DNA of 64,000 nucleotides, taken from a bacterium (GTDB lineage Bacteria; Patescibacteriota; Saccharimonadia; Saccharimonadales; JAUPVS01). This document shows, in pieces, positions 1 to 8,165 of this stretch. Within the stretch, counting starts at the first letter, position 1. Each line of letters opens with the position of its first letter. The position numbers and the translations under genes are program-made. The DNA is taken from contig JAKOXV010000003.1 in NCBI GenBank assembly GCA_029780855.1, positions 162,357-226,356 on the forward strand. Direction: 5' to 3'. A model generated the notes under the pieces. It made no database searches, had not been told where the DNA came from, and saw only the letters and a program-made list of their open reading frames with translations.

Positions 1-491
1 AACAGTGTGTAATCAAAGTGATTGCGGAACAGAACTAACTGACTGTGCCCACCACTTACAATCAAAGCTAACAGGGGGAATGTAGGCTGCTGGGCAGGCA
101 ATACGTAATCCGGGAGGGTTGTCTCGGTCAAGAAGTTGGCGTATACGTGGCCCTCTACGTGGTTTATGGCGTAGAGTGGCTTTTTCTCCGTTATAGCCAG
201 GCTTCGCGCAGTCAAAACGCCCACCAAAAGCGAGCCACCCAAGCCGGCCCCGTAGGTGACCGCAATGCCATCGATATCTTTCCAGGTGCACTTGGCTTGT
301 TCAACTGCCTGCTTGATAACTGGAACGATCGATTCGATGTGGCTCCGGGCGGCAATTTCTGGCACCACGCCACCGTACTGGGCGTGTAGATCCATACTGG
401 TAGCAACCACGTTGGACAGTAATCGCTTACCATTTTCTACGACGGCAGCGGCGGTCTCGTCGCAGCTCGACTCTATACCTAAGATTTTCAT
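1..491 (-). CDS. tsaD: tRNA N6-adenosine threonylcarbamoyltransferase TsaD (Kae1/Gcp family), N-terminal part only; the gene continues beyond the window start
   Basis: Reverse-strand translation from the ATG complement at 489-491 reads MKILGIESSCDETAAAVVENGKRLLSNVVATSMDLHAQYGGVVPEIAARSHIE...GGHSQLV, the typical TsaD N-terminus. It is absent from the ORF track because no stop falls inside the window. Confidence 0.85.
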   Translation of the reverse strand, partial: MKILGIESSCDETAAAVVENGKRLLSNVVATSMDLHAQYGGVVPEIAARSHIESIVPVIKQAVEQAKCTWKDIDGIAVTYGAGLGGSLLVGVLTARSLAITEKKPLYAINHVEGHVYANFLTETTLPDYVLPAQQPTFPLLALIVSGGHSQLVLFRNHFDYTL

Positions 492-514
492 CAAACCTAG
501 TATACTGGTAACCA

Positions 515-1816
515 ATGAGTTTTCGAAGTTCTGTTAAGAAGGTTGTACCACGAGACGTCTTTAAGCGGGTCGAGCCATACGGTCACCTGGGCGAGGCGAT
601 GATCTACAGCGTAAAGAATGGATTTCCGGCAAAAGGCTTAAAGGTTATCGGCGTTACCGGAACTAATGGCAAAACGAGCACCTGTTTTTTGATCCATAAA
701 ATGCTGGTCAATAGTGGCATAAAAGCCGGACTCATGACTACGGTTGCCTATGGGGTTGGGGACGATATTCATCCGCAGATTGCCCATATGACTACGGTTT
801 CAGTGCCACTTCTACACCAACGAATAAAAGAGATGAGATCACAGGGCATGGAGTGGCTGGTGCTCGAGGTAACGAGCCACGCACTGGCTCAGCACCGGGT
901 GTGGGGCATTCCGTTTTCGGTGGCGGTCATGACCAATATCACGCATGAACACCTCGATTATCACGGAACGTTTGAACGGTACCGAGATGCCAAAAAAATG
1001 CTCTTTACCCAAACTAATCGGAACAAAAAAGGACTCCAGATTGGCATTGCCAACGCTGATGACCCGAGTGGTCAGTTGTTTGCGGGGGCCGTACGTAACC
1101 CCGTGCTCTATGGTATGAATAACGGTGATCTGCGGGCAAAGAACGTAAAACTCACGCCCGCAGGCAGTACGTACACCGCCGAAATCGGCGATGCGGAGCT
1201 GAATGTTACCTGCCATCTTCCGGGTAGCTTTAACGTCTATAACTCGCTGGCGGCGGTTGCGGTTGGCCAGGCGGTGGGGCTCACTCAGGAACAGATAGAG
1301 CAGGGAATTGCGGCGCTTGAAGGAGTAGAGGGACGTATGACCCGCATTACCGAAGGCCAGGATTTTGACGTTATCGTAGATTTTGCTCATACCCCCGATA
1401 GTTTTGAAAAGCTGTTCAAAGACCTCAAGCCGGTGGTAAAGGGCAAGCTCATCTGCATGTTCGGCTCTGCTGGGCGGCGGGATGAGGCCAAACGGGCGAT
1501 TCAGGGAGAACTGGCAGGGAAGTACTGCGATGAAGTGGTGGTGACCGAGGAGGATGATCGAGATATCGATGGATTGGAAATCATGAATCAAATAGCTGCG
1601 GGCGTCGAAAAAGCCGGCAAAACCCGCGATACAGACCTGTTTTTAGTACATGACCGTACTGAAGCCATCAATTTTGCTATCAAACGGGCCAAAAAAGGCG
1701 ACACCGTGATACTGCTCGGCAAAGGCCATGAAAAGACTATAGAACGTGCCGATGGCGAACATCCCTGGGATGAAATTGGTACCGCCAAAGCAGCGGCTGC
1801 AAAAGCTGCTGCTTAG
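515..1816 (+). CDS. murE: Mur ligase family protein, MurE-like UDP-N-acetylmuramoyl-tripeptide synthetase
   Basis: P-loop GVTGTNGKTST. Mur ligase middle and C-terminal regions are present (HTPDSFE, DDRDID resembling the DNPR motif, GKGHE). It is divergent from tsaD. Confidence 0.72.
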   Translation: MSFRSSVKKVVPRDVFKRVEPYGHLGEAMIYSVKNGFPAKGLKVIGVTGTNGKTSTCFLIHKMLVNSGIKAGLMTTVAYGVGDDIHPQIAHMTTVSVPLLHQRIKEMRSQGMEWLVLEVTSHALAQHRVWGIPFSVAVMTNITHEHLDYHGTFERYRDAKKMLFTQTNRNKKGLQIGIANADDPSGQLFAGAVRNPVLYGMNNGDLRAKNVKLTPAGSTYTAEIGDAELNVTCHLPGSFNVYNSLAAVAVGQAVGLTQEQIEQGIAALEGVEGRMTRITEGQDFDVIVDFAHTPDSFEKLFKDLKPVVKGKLICMFGSAGRRDEAKRAIQGELAGKYCDEVVVTEEDDRDIDGLEIMNQIAAGVEKAGKTRDTDLFLVHDRTEAINFAIKRAKKGDTVILLGKGHEKTIERADGEHPWDEIGTAKAAAAKAAA

Positions 1817-2595
1817 CGACCGTAGTGCTTGTATAGCTTTTGGCGGGCGTTCTGGCTTAAGCCAGTGATAGTATCAAACTTGTCTTTTTGCATATCGGGG
1901 TAGCTTTTTCGCAAACGCCGGTATTCGTCGGGGCTCATTTTACCGGCAACATGAACAGCGGGGATTGAATCGTCGTCTTCGGCAATTTCTTCGCGGTACT
2001 TTTTGGCGAGCATGCCTTGCCACAGACGGCGAGGGTTGAGCTTCAGATCTTTATCGGTCTCATGGTACACTTCGGCGCCGTACTCATCGTACTCAATGAA
2101 TATCTTCTTTGGTATGCCAGAACCCTTAGCACCATAGCGTAACAGGTTCAGATCCTGGAAATCAGCAAACAGCTGCTCGAGTATCGATTTTCGATCTTCA
2201 TCAGGTAGTTCAATTAAAGAGTGCACCGTTTGGCCGGTACTAGTATGAACGTCATCACGCTCCATGCGCAACGAAGCGATTCCCATGGCTACGTATAGCT
2301 GGCTGAATGCACCGCGCATGTCCAAAAATTTTTCACGGTACTCTTCGCCAAGCTCAGTGCCGATATATTCCGCAACATCGCCCTCAACGCCAATCGGGTG
2401 ACCGATAGCCATAAGGCGAGCCCCGCCATCAATGAAGCCTTCTGCTTCTTCGCTCAGCAGTTGCGCAACTGTTTGCTGCTCTTCGCTGCGACGACCGGTG
2501 TAGTGAATCTGCTCCTCTTGGTATGCCTGACGAATGGTGTTGAGGTAGCCTTCACTATCTATGGGTTGGTGGACCGTTTCGGGGGTTTGTTCCAT
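1813..2595 (-). CDS. hypothetical acidic protein, 260 aa, family not recognised
   Basis: Long ORF with codon usage consistent with neighbours. It lies immediately downstream of the amidinotransferase-fold gene on the same strand. Its stop overlaps the murE stop convergently. Confidence 0.5.
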   Translation of the reverse strand: MEQTPETVHQPIDSEGYLNTIRQAYQEEQIHYTGRRSEEQQTVAQLLSEEAEGFIDGGARLMAIGHPIGVEGDVAEYIGTELGEEYREKFLDMRGAFSQLYVAMGIASLRMERDDVHTSTGQTVHSLIELPDEDRKSILEQLFADFQDLNLLRYGAKGSGIPKKIFIEYDEYGAEVYHETDKDLKLNPRRLWQGMLAKKYREEIAEDDDSIPAVHVAGKMSPDEYRRLRKSYPDMQKDKFDTITGLSQNARQKLYKHYGR

Positions 2596-2659
2596 GTATA
2601 TATTCTAACACAAAATAGTAAAAAAGTAAACATTAGTATTATAGACACGACCTGATGAT

Positions 2660-3511
2660 CTATCTATTTTTTACGGTCAGGGTGGTGCAGCGTATGTAAC
2701 CGCCACCTTTGGCGAGCTCTGAAATCTGAGGAGTGACGGTTTTGAGCCCTTTTGCTTCTATGGCAGCGCGTAACTTGGGAGCGTGAGCACTCATAACTAC
2801 CGTTTCACCCGTGGACACGAGGTTGCAGGCGAACCCTTTGGTAGCCTCCTGGTAGCTGACCTCTATTGTATCGATATCTACCGAGCGGATTTTTGCTTGG
2901 CTTTCTGGCGTGAAGGCTTCTGGGCACCAGGCGATGAGGTTAGGGGTGAGCACGGAGAGTGCCAAATCTATATCGTAAAAAAAGCTATCCGGCCAGCCGG
3001 TAACGGTATTGACGAGCGGTTTGCCCGATTGGTCGGTGTAGGGAACCGTTTCTAGACCAATAACGGTGAACCCAAGGTGTTTAGCTAGGAAATCATGCAT
3101 GCGTTTATCGGTGCGGTAGGTGGTGCCACAAAACAGCAGGTCACCACAGGGCAAGGCATCGCCTTGGCCACTGAAACGATACGGAGCTTCAATGACCTCC
3201 AAATCGAGGTTTTCGAGCGTTTGTTTGGCATAGGGCTGTTCGGCTTGCCGCTTATTGGGGAGTGAGGACAACACCGCAACGCCGTTACGGCACAGGCCCC
3301 AGTTGGCAGTGTAGACGCCGTCTTGACAGTCTTTGGGCGCCTCCACCTGCTTTACGGTTACGCCTGCATTCATCAGGGCAGTGCGAATGGCGGCATGCTC
3401 TTGATTGGCCTTTTCGCTATCGATCGCCACGGATTCATCCATGTAGGGGTTAATGGCAAATTCGTCACTAAAGTATTGTGCACTGGACATCAGCACCGTT
3501 TGGTTAATCAT
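2660..3511 (-). CDS. guanidino-group modifying enzyme fold protein (DDAH / amidinotransferase / arginine-deiminase superfamily)
   Basis: C-terminal GGGYIRCTTL matches the catalytic GGGxxxC[MT] cysteine motif of the superfamily. At 283 aa it is closer to DDAH size than to an ADI of about 410 aa. Confidence 0.6.
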   Translation of the reverse strand: MINQTVLMSSAQYFSDEFAINPYMDESVAIDSEKANQEHAAIRTALMNAGVTVKQVEAPKDCQDGVYTANWGLCRNGVAVLSSLPNKRQAEQPYAKQTLENLDLEVIEAPYRFSGQGDALPCGDLLFCGTTYRTDKRMHDFLAKHLGFTVIGLETVPYTDQSGKPLVNTVTGWPDSFFYDIDLALSVLTPNLIAWCPEAFTPESQAKIRSVDIDTIEVSYQEATKGFACNLVSTGETVVMSAHAPKLRAAIEAKGLKTVTPQISELAKGGGYIRCTTLTVKNR

Positions 3512-3530
3512 TGGTTGGTATTATACAAAA

Positions 3531-3550
3531 AAACCGCCGATTGGGGCGGG
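3531..3550 (-). terminator. candidate intrinsic terminator for the GC-rich minus-strand gene
   Basis: ccgcc-gattgg-ggcgg hairpin, preceded on the plus strand by an A-run (a T-run on the minus strand). Confidence 0.4.
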
Positions 3551-3720
3551 GAATAACGAGGCAATTTGTGGGAGGTTGGGGCTTGGAAATGGTTATGTAT
3601 GCGCGAAAGAATGGAGCGAAGTGGCTCTAAAACATTCTCTGGCTAACCAGATCCAAGCCCGGAACCGGGACGGGGTTCTCGACGTCGTTGTCGAGAAACC
3701 GCCGTCCGGCTGTCCGGGAA

Positions 3721-4104
3721 CTACCCGCGGTTGAAGGGGTCGTGCGACGCCTCGATGACCTCCAAGGGGTTGTAGGCCATGGCCGAGAAGACGTCGTGCC
3801 TGCTGGTGATCAGCCGGTCGAGGTCCTCGTCGCTGAGGCTGGAGAGGTGCGTGTTGACCTCATCGATCCAGCGGCCGGCGGAGGCGTTCGGGTTCTTGAC
3901 CTCGGGGTCGAACACGAGCTCGACTCGGGCGTTCTCGGCCTGGCTGTTGACGACCAGGACGATGCCCTCGATGCCTTCGGCGATGTTGCTGTACAGCATC
4001 TTCATCATCTCCGTGGGGATCTGATCGGACCAGATCCGCACTCGTGCTGCGCCCTTCATGCCAGGTGCTGACCCGGCGTGGTGAACCAGAACGGATTCCA
4101 GCAT
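3721..4104 (-). CDS. hypothetical protein in a high-GC segment, about 127 aa counted from MLESVLVHH; the ORF track gives 3721..4173 with an AT-rich N-terminal extension
   Basis: Third codon positions are almost all G/C, a high-GC codon pattern unlike the rest of the window. A GC-type hairpin GTTCTCGAC/GTCGAGAA lies just downstream at about 3676-3700. No family is recognised. Confidence 0.55.
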   Translation of the reverse strand: MLESVLVHHAGSAPGMKGAARVRIWSDQIPTEMMKMLYSNIAEGIEGIVLVVNSQAENARVELVFDPEVKNPNASAGRWIDEVNTHLSSLSDEDLDRLITSRHDVFSAMAYNPLEVIEASHDPFNRG

Positions 4105-4225
4105 AGCGATACCTCTTGTAGGTAGTTCCATTAGGGACTTTTTTACGATACTATCTTTGACAAAGAGTGTCAATCATTTCATTACTTGATTATTTGTCAA
4201 ATCTTCGGTATACTTTTGGGTTGCA

Positions 4226-4813
4226 ATGCCAGAGAGAGACCCATCATTTTCTTCCGATCTTCCAGAGGGCTTTGAGCCCGATTTTTATGTTGCGGAGATC
4301 GAGCGATACACCCAGCACCAGCCGGCGGTGGCTTTTTTGGTGGAACAACTTTCTGCAGCCGAGGAATTAGACGCCTCACTTAAGCGTGGTGACCCTGCGC
4401 AACCCTATCCTCTTGAGCGTCGTTTCGTGGTTTTTTCCGGCGGAAACGAGGCATTTCCGTTTACCCATAAGCGTATCTCTTATGTGCCAAAAAAAGGTGC
4501 CGGCTATAAAAATCTCGAGGGAATCATGATCCGATACGCCGTTACCCCCAAAGAAAAGGGCGGTGATGGCTCCGTAAATAACCGAATAACGATTTCATTT
4601 GGGATTGCTGGGGGTATTACAGCTAACTTTTACCTTGGCGAAACAGAGTACGAACCATTTACCGATGCCAGCGAATTGCGTATCGAAAACGGCGAGCTAC
4701 TTGGTGTTGCACGCCCGCAACATCAATCCCCTCTCAACTTCATGGAACTACAGGGCGTTCTACAGAACTGTGATCAAGAGCTGCAGAGTAACGAAACCCC
4801 TCGTGCCGAATAG
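4226..4813 (+). CDS. hypothetical protein, 195 aa
   Basis: ORF with normal GC for this window, sitting between the two GC-rich segments. No recognisable motif. Confidence 0.5.
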   Translation: MPERDPSFSSDLPEGFEPDFYVAEIERYTQHQPAVAFLVEQLSAAEELDASLKRGDPAQPYPLERRFVVFSGGNEAFPFTHKRISYVPKKGAGYKNLEGIMIRYAVTPKEKGGDGSVNNRITISFGIAGGITANFYLGETEYEPFTDASELRIENGELLGVARPQHQSPLNFMELQGVLQNCDQELQSNETPRAE

Positions 4814-4971
4814 CTCGCCGTCAACATTTTGAAAATTGCTAAAAAATGGTATACAATGGCTCCAATTTAAGCGGGGCATTTAAACGGCCTGGTTTGAAGG
4901 TTACATGATTTTTGCGGTTCGAGCACTGAAGTGTTCACCTCATAAATCAGCACCTTGAGATTGTGAGTTAG

Positions 4972-5025
4972 CCATTGGAAGCGATGAGCACCGAATAAAT
5001 TTACGGTGTTGCTCGCTTCCAATGG
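4972..5025. other. long imperfect inverted repeat / stem-loop (13 bp perfect arms CCATTGGAAGCGA and TCGCTTCCAATGG, inner imperfect pairing, AT-rich loop)
   Basis: Read directly from sequence in a 280-nt non-coding stretch upstream of the GC-rich small ORF. Confidence 0.5.
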
Positions 5026-5094
5026 GGGGAGTGCAGTAACAGAGCACGTGGAAACTACACACAGCAAAGGAGCGATTCGGTAAGTCTGTACGTC

Positions 5095-5307
5095 TTGAGG
5101 ACATTTGGCAAACATTTTGCCAAAGCAAGTCAGGAGAACAGGTTGAAGAAGCGTCTCACCGACAAGGACATCCGCACCAACGCCGACCCGGCCAAGAAGA
5201 ACCGGAAGCGCGTCACCGCCGTCCACCGTCACCGCCGCGAGCACCGCGAGGCGCAGGCCATGCGCCAGTACCGCGGTCTCACCATCGGCCTGGCGGCGGC
5301 CAGCTGA
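5095..5307 (+). CDS. small very basic protein encoded in a second high-GC segment (TTG start as listed; the GC-rich part starts near 5143)
   Basis: GC3 is close to saturation from about 5143 to 5307 (KKRLTDKDIRTNADPAKKNRKRVTAVHRHRREHREAQAMRQYRGLTIGLAAAS). Coding is likely but the product is unknown and the start is uncertain. Confidence 0.4.
   Translation: MRTFGKHFAKASQENRLKKRLTDKDIRTNADPAKKNRKRVTAVHRHRREHREAQAMRQYRGLTIGLAAAS
5105..5123. promoter_or_regulatory. perfect palindrome TTGGCAAA-cat-TTTGCCAA, operator-like
   Basis: 8-bp arms with a 3-bp spacer, read from sequence. It sits at the 5' end of the small GC-rich ORF. Confidence 0.35.
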
Positions 5308-5467
5308 GGTTCGGGGTGCGGCGTGCACGAGTGTGTTGCTCTCAAGGGGGAAAGCAAACCTCGTGCACGCCGGCCCCAACGCCATCCAATTCTCCACGTC
5401 ACGCACTCATACTCACAATCTCATTTTTACTTTCGCATCCGCGGACCGATCGTCGGTCCGTTTTTTG

Positions 5468-5497
5468 TTGACAAAAACCCGAACCACTCGGTATATT
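5468..5497 (+). promoter_or_regulatory. sigma-70-type promoter of groES-groEL (TTGACA, 18 nt, TATATT)
   Basis: Near-consensus -35 and -10 hexamers, immediately upstream of CIRCE. Confidence 0.6.
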
Positions 5498-5506
5498 TTT
5501 GTGCAG

Positions 5507-5533
5507 TTAGCACTCTCGGCTTGAAAGTGCTAA
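5507..5533 (+). promoter_or_regulatory. CIRCE operator (HrcA binding site) TTAGCACTC-N9-AAGTGCTAA
   Basis: Matches the CIRCE consensus TTAGCACTC-N9-GAGTGCTAA at 8 of 9 positions in the right arm. It lies between the promoter and groES. Confidence 0.8.
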
Positions 5534-5574
5534 CCGACTCTTATACAATGACAAGCACAGAAAGAGGAGGATAT

Positions 5575-5841
5575 ATGTCGGCACCAATCAATCCGCTATC
5601 AGACTACGTTGTTGCGCAGGAAGAAAAGGCGCAAACCAAAACCGCAAGCGGTCTCTATTTACCAGATAACGCTCAAGAAAAGCCTAAGACGGCTAAAATC
5701 GTAGCCGTTGGCAAGAAGGTTACGGAACTTAAGGTAGGCGAAAAGATTATTTACAAAAGTTACAGCACTACCGAGGTGAAAGTAGCGAACGAAACCTACA
5801 TTTTAGTAAAAGAAGAAGACGTCCTAGCGACCGTTAAATAG
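5575..5841 (+). CDS. groES: co-chaperonin GroES (10 kDa)
   Basis: The 88-aa product MSAPINPLSDYVVAQEEKAQTKTASGLYLPD...VKEEDVLATVK has GroES length and motifs. RBS AGGAGG lies upstream. The ORF-track N-terminal extension is rejected. Confidence 0.93.
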   Translation: MSAPINPLSDYVVAQEEKAQTKTASGLYLPDNAQEKPKTAKIVAVGKKVTELKVGEKIIYKSYSTTEVKVANETYILVKEEDVLATVK

Positions 5842-5853
5842 GAGGAAAAGCGA

Positions 5854-7494
5854 ATGGCAAACAAAGTTTTTTATGATGATGATGCTCGCCGAAGGGTACT
5901 CGGTGGTGCGGAAGTGTTATACAACGCCGTGAAAACCACTATGGGTCCCAAGGGCCGAAACGTGGTAATTGACAAAAGCTACGGAGCTCCAACCGTAACA
6001 CATGACGGCGTTACGGTAGCTAAAGGTGTAGAACTGCCAGAGGATGATGACGAAACGTTGGGGTACAAGGTAGGTGCAGAACTGATTAAACAGGCTGCCA
6101 ATAAAATGAATGATGTAGCCGGTGACGGTACAACTACGGTAACCGTATTGACCTACCATATCCTGAACGAAGCTAACAAGCTTATTGCTGCTGGCCATAA
6201 CCCGATGTTACTCAGGAAGGGTCTGGAGGCGGCGGCGCATGACGTGGTCAAGAAGCTGTCGGGCATGGCAGAAGACATTAAGGCCAATAAGAAGCGCGTT
6301 GCCGAGGTGGCTACCATTTCTGCAGGTGATGCAGAAATTGGTGAACTCATTGCCGATGTAATTGATAAGGTTGGCAAAGACGGTGTCGTAACTGTGGAAG
6401 AGGGCCAGAGTCTGGAGCTCGAGAGTGAAGTGGTAGAAGGGTTTACCTTTGACCGCGGGTTTGTGAGTCCCTACATGGTAAGCGATGCTACCCGCATGGA
6501 AGCGGTAGTAGATAAGCCAGCCATCGTGGTTACCGATAAAAAAATCAGTAGCATTCAGGAGTTTTTGCCACTGTTAGAGCAGCTTGCCCAAGCCGGCAAG
6601 AAAGATCTCATTCTGGTAGCCGATGACGTAGAGGGCGAGGCACTCGGTACGCTCATCTTGAACAAACTGAAAGGTGTATTAAATGTAGTTGCGGTTAAGG
6701 CGCCGGCTTTTGGTGATCGCCGTAAGGAAATTTTGCAAGACATTGCCATCCTCACCGGAAGCCAGGTAATTTCTGAAGACCAGGGCATGAACTTTGAAAA
6801 TGTCGGTATGGACGTGGTTGGTACCGCCCGAAAAGTAATCGTTACTAAAGATGAAACTACGATCATAGAGGGTGCCGGTACGGCTCGTGAACTGAAAGAG
6901 CGGATTGCACAGATCGCCGCCCAAGCAGCTGCTGCTTCAAGCGAATATGACAAAGAAAATCTTGATAAGCGTCGGGCTGCTTTACAGGGCAAGGTAGCGG
7001 TAATCAAGGTTGGTGGTGCTACGGAAACCGAGATTGAAGAAAAGAAGTTCCGTGTAGATGACGCCGTAGCGGCTGTAAAGGCAGCACTGGATGAAGGTGT
7101 TGTGCCTGGTGGTGGTGCCACATTAGTAACACTGTCTACTGGTATTGCCGACGACACAGCCGACGCGAAAGGTGCTGGTGCATCACTGCTTAAGCAGGCG
7201 CTTCTACAGCCATTCCTTCAGCTCATGGCCAACGCTGGATATAACGGACCAGCACTGCTTGCTCAGGTAGAAAATAGCAAAGCTGGGCAGGGTATTGATG
7301 TGAACAGTGGTAAACTTGTTGACCTGAAGTCAAAAGGAATTGTGGATCCGGCTCGGGTAACCAAAGAAGCTATCCTCAATTCCGTTTCAATTGCTGGAAC
7401 GGCAATGACAATGGGAGCGCTTGTAGTGGATATCCCCGTGAAAGAAGCCCCGGCTGCTCCAGGTGGTATGCCTGGTGGCATGATGGGTATGTAA
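5854..7494 (+). CDS. groL: chaperonin GroEL (60 kDa)
   Basis: Full-length GroEL with the GGM-type C-terminal tail (GGMPGGMMGM). Confidence 0.97.
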   Translation: MANKVFYDDDARRRVLGGAEVLYNAVKTTMGPKGRNVVIDKSYGAPTVTHDGVTVAKGVELPEDDDETLGYKVGAELIKQAANKMNDVAGDGTTTVTVLTYHILNEANKLIAAGHNPMLLRKGLEAAAHDVVKKLSGMAEDIKANKKRVAEVATISAGDAEIGELIADVIDKVGKDGVVTVEEGQSLELESEVVEGFTFDRGFVSPYMVSDATRMEAVVDKPAIVVTDKKISSIQEFLPLLEQLAQAGKKDLILVADDVEGEALGTLILNKLKGVLNVVAVKAPAFGDRRKEILQDIAILTGSQVISEDQGMNFENVGMDVVGTARKVIVTKDETTIIEGAGTARELKERIAQIAAQAAAASSEYDKENLDKRRAALQGKVAVIKVGGATETEIEEKKFRVDDAVAAVKAALDEGVVPGGGATLVTLSTGIADDTADAKGAGASLLKQALLQPFLQLMANAGYNGPALLAQVENSKAGQGIDVNSGKLVDLKSKGIVDPARVTKEAILNSVSIAGTAMTMGALVVDIPVKEAPAAPGGMPGGMMGM

Positions 7495-7518
7495 TTTAGC
7501 TAACACATACTAACCAAA

Positions 7519-7546
7519 GCAGCCCCTTCCGAGGGGCTTCTTTGAT
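7519..7546 (+). terminator. intrinsic terminator after groEL
   Basis: AGCCCC-ttccga-GGGGCT hairpin followed by TTCTTTG. Confidence 0.6.
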
Positions 7547-7621
7547 GTAATAAAAACGCTAACTTGCGAAAAATACCAGTTTGTACTACTGTATCTTTAT
7601 TGAAAGAGGAGTGACAAGGTC

Positions 7622-8161
7622 GTGATTCAGATGCCGTTTCGACGTAGCAAAAATAGCCAACAGAATGTTCCGCCAGAGGTGGCAGAATACTATCAAGCCG
7701 AGAAAAAACAGCGGCTTGGTATGGCTTGGTTACTATCGGCAGCGACCTTTGTGGTAACGGTCCTGGTGGTGCTCGGACTATTCTTTGGGGGACGCTGGAT
7801 TTACCGACAGGTAAAACACGATAACAATACCGGTACCTCTATTTCTCAAGAAGAGCCTAAATCAGATCAAACAAATGAGAGTCAAAAAGCGGCCGATACC
7901 AACGCTTCTCAAAACCAGTCGACTACCCAAAACAACCCATCTGGTTCAGTGGGACAGTCGACAGCTCCGGCACCAGCTTCCAATACTCCAGCTCCCAGTG
8001 CGACTCCGAATCCTAGTAACGCTGCGGCTTCTAGCCAATCGACTGCCGCTACGACTGTGCCTAACACTGGCGCTGGAGATTTGCTCGCTCTATTTATGGG
8101 TGTTGTAGTTGTTGCGGCTATCGTGCACCATCTTTACTTACGACGTAATATCGCTGAATAA
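7622..8161 (+). CDS. membrane/surface protein with N-terminal TM, S/T/N/Q-rich spacer and C-terminal sorting-signal-like VPNTG + hydrophobic + RRN tail
   Basis: Translation shows a TM helix after a roughly 33-aa N-region, a low-complexity middle, and a C-terminus ...VPNTGAGDLLALFMGVVVVAAIVHHLYLRRNIAE. Confidence 0.55.
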   Translation: MIQMPFRRSKNSQQNVPPEVAEYYQAEKKQRLGMAWLLSAATFVVTVLVVLGLFFGGRWIYRQVKHDNNTGTSISQEEPKSDQTNESQKAADTNASQNQSTTQNNPSGSVGQSTAPAPASNTPAPSATPNPSNAAASSQSTAATTVPNTGAGDLLALFMGVVVVAAIVHHLYLRRNIAE

Positions 8162-8165
8162 TAAA

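Noticed and set aside
3688-4071. Plus-strand 127-aa ORF inside the high-GC segment, and the minus-strand 179-aa ORF at 4867-5406
   Set aside because: In high-GC DNA all frames stay open. These are antisense or shadow ORFs to the CDS with strong GC3 periodicity (3721-4104 minus, 5143-5307 plus), so they were not annotated.
4905-4945. GGTTCGAGC motif resembling a tRNA/tmRNA T-arm in the 4814-5094 gap
   Set aside because: No matching acceptor stem, D-arm or anticodon arm could be assembled on either strand. No tRNA-like cloverleaf was found in any intergenic region.
4972-5025. Interpreting the long hairpin as an integron attC site marking the GC-rich ORFs as cassettes
   Set aside because: No RYYYAAC/GTTRRRY core sites at the hairpin ends and no integrase nearby. 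It is retained only as an unexplained structure.
5917-7481. Several minus-strand ORFs of 72-200 aa inside groEL
   Set aside because: They lie antisense to an unambiguous full-length GroEL, have low-complexity S/A-rich translations and give no independent signal.
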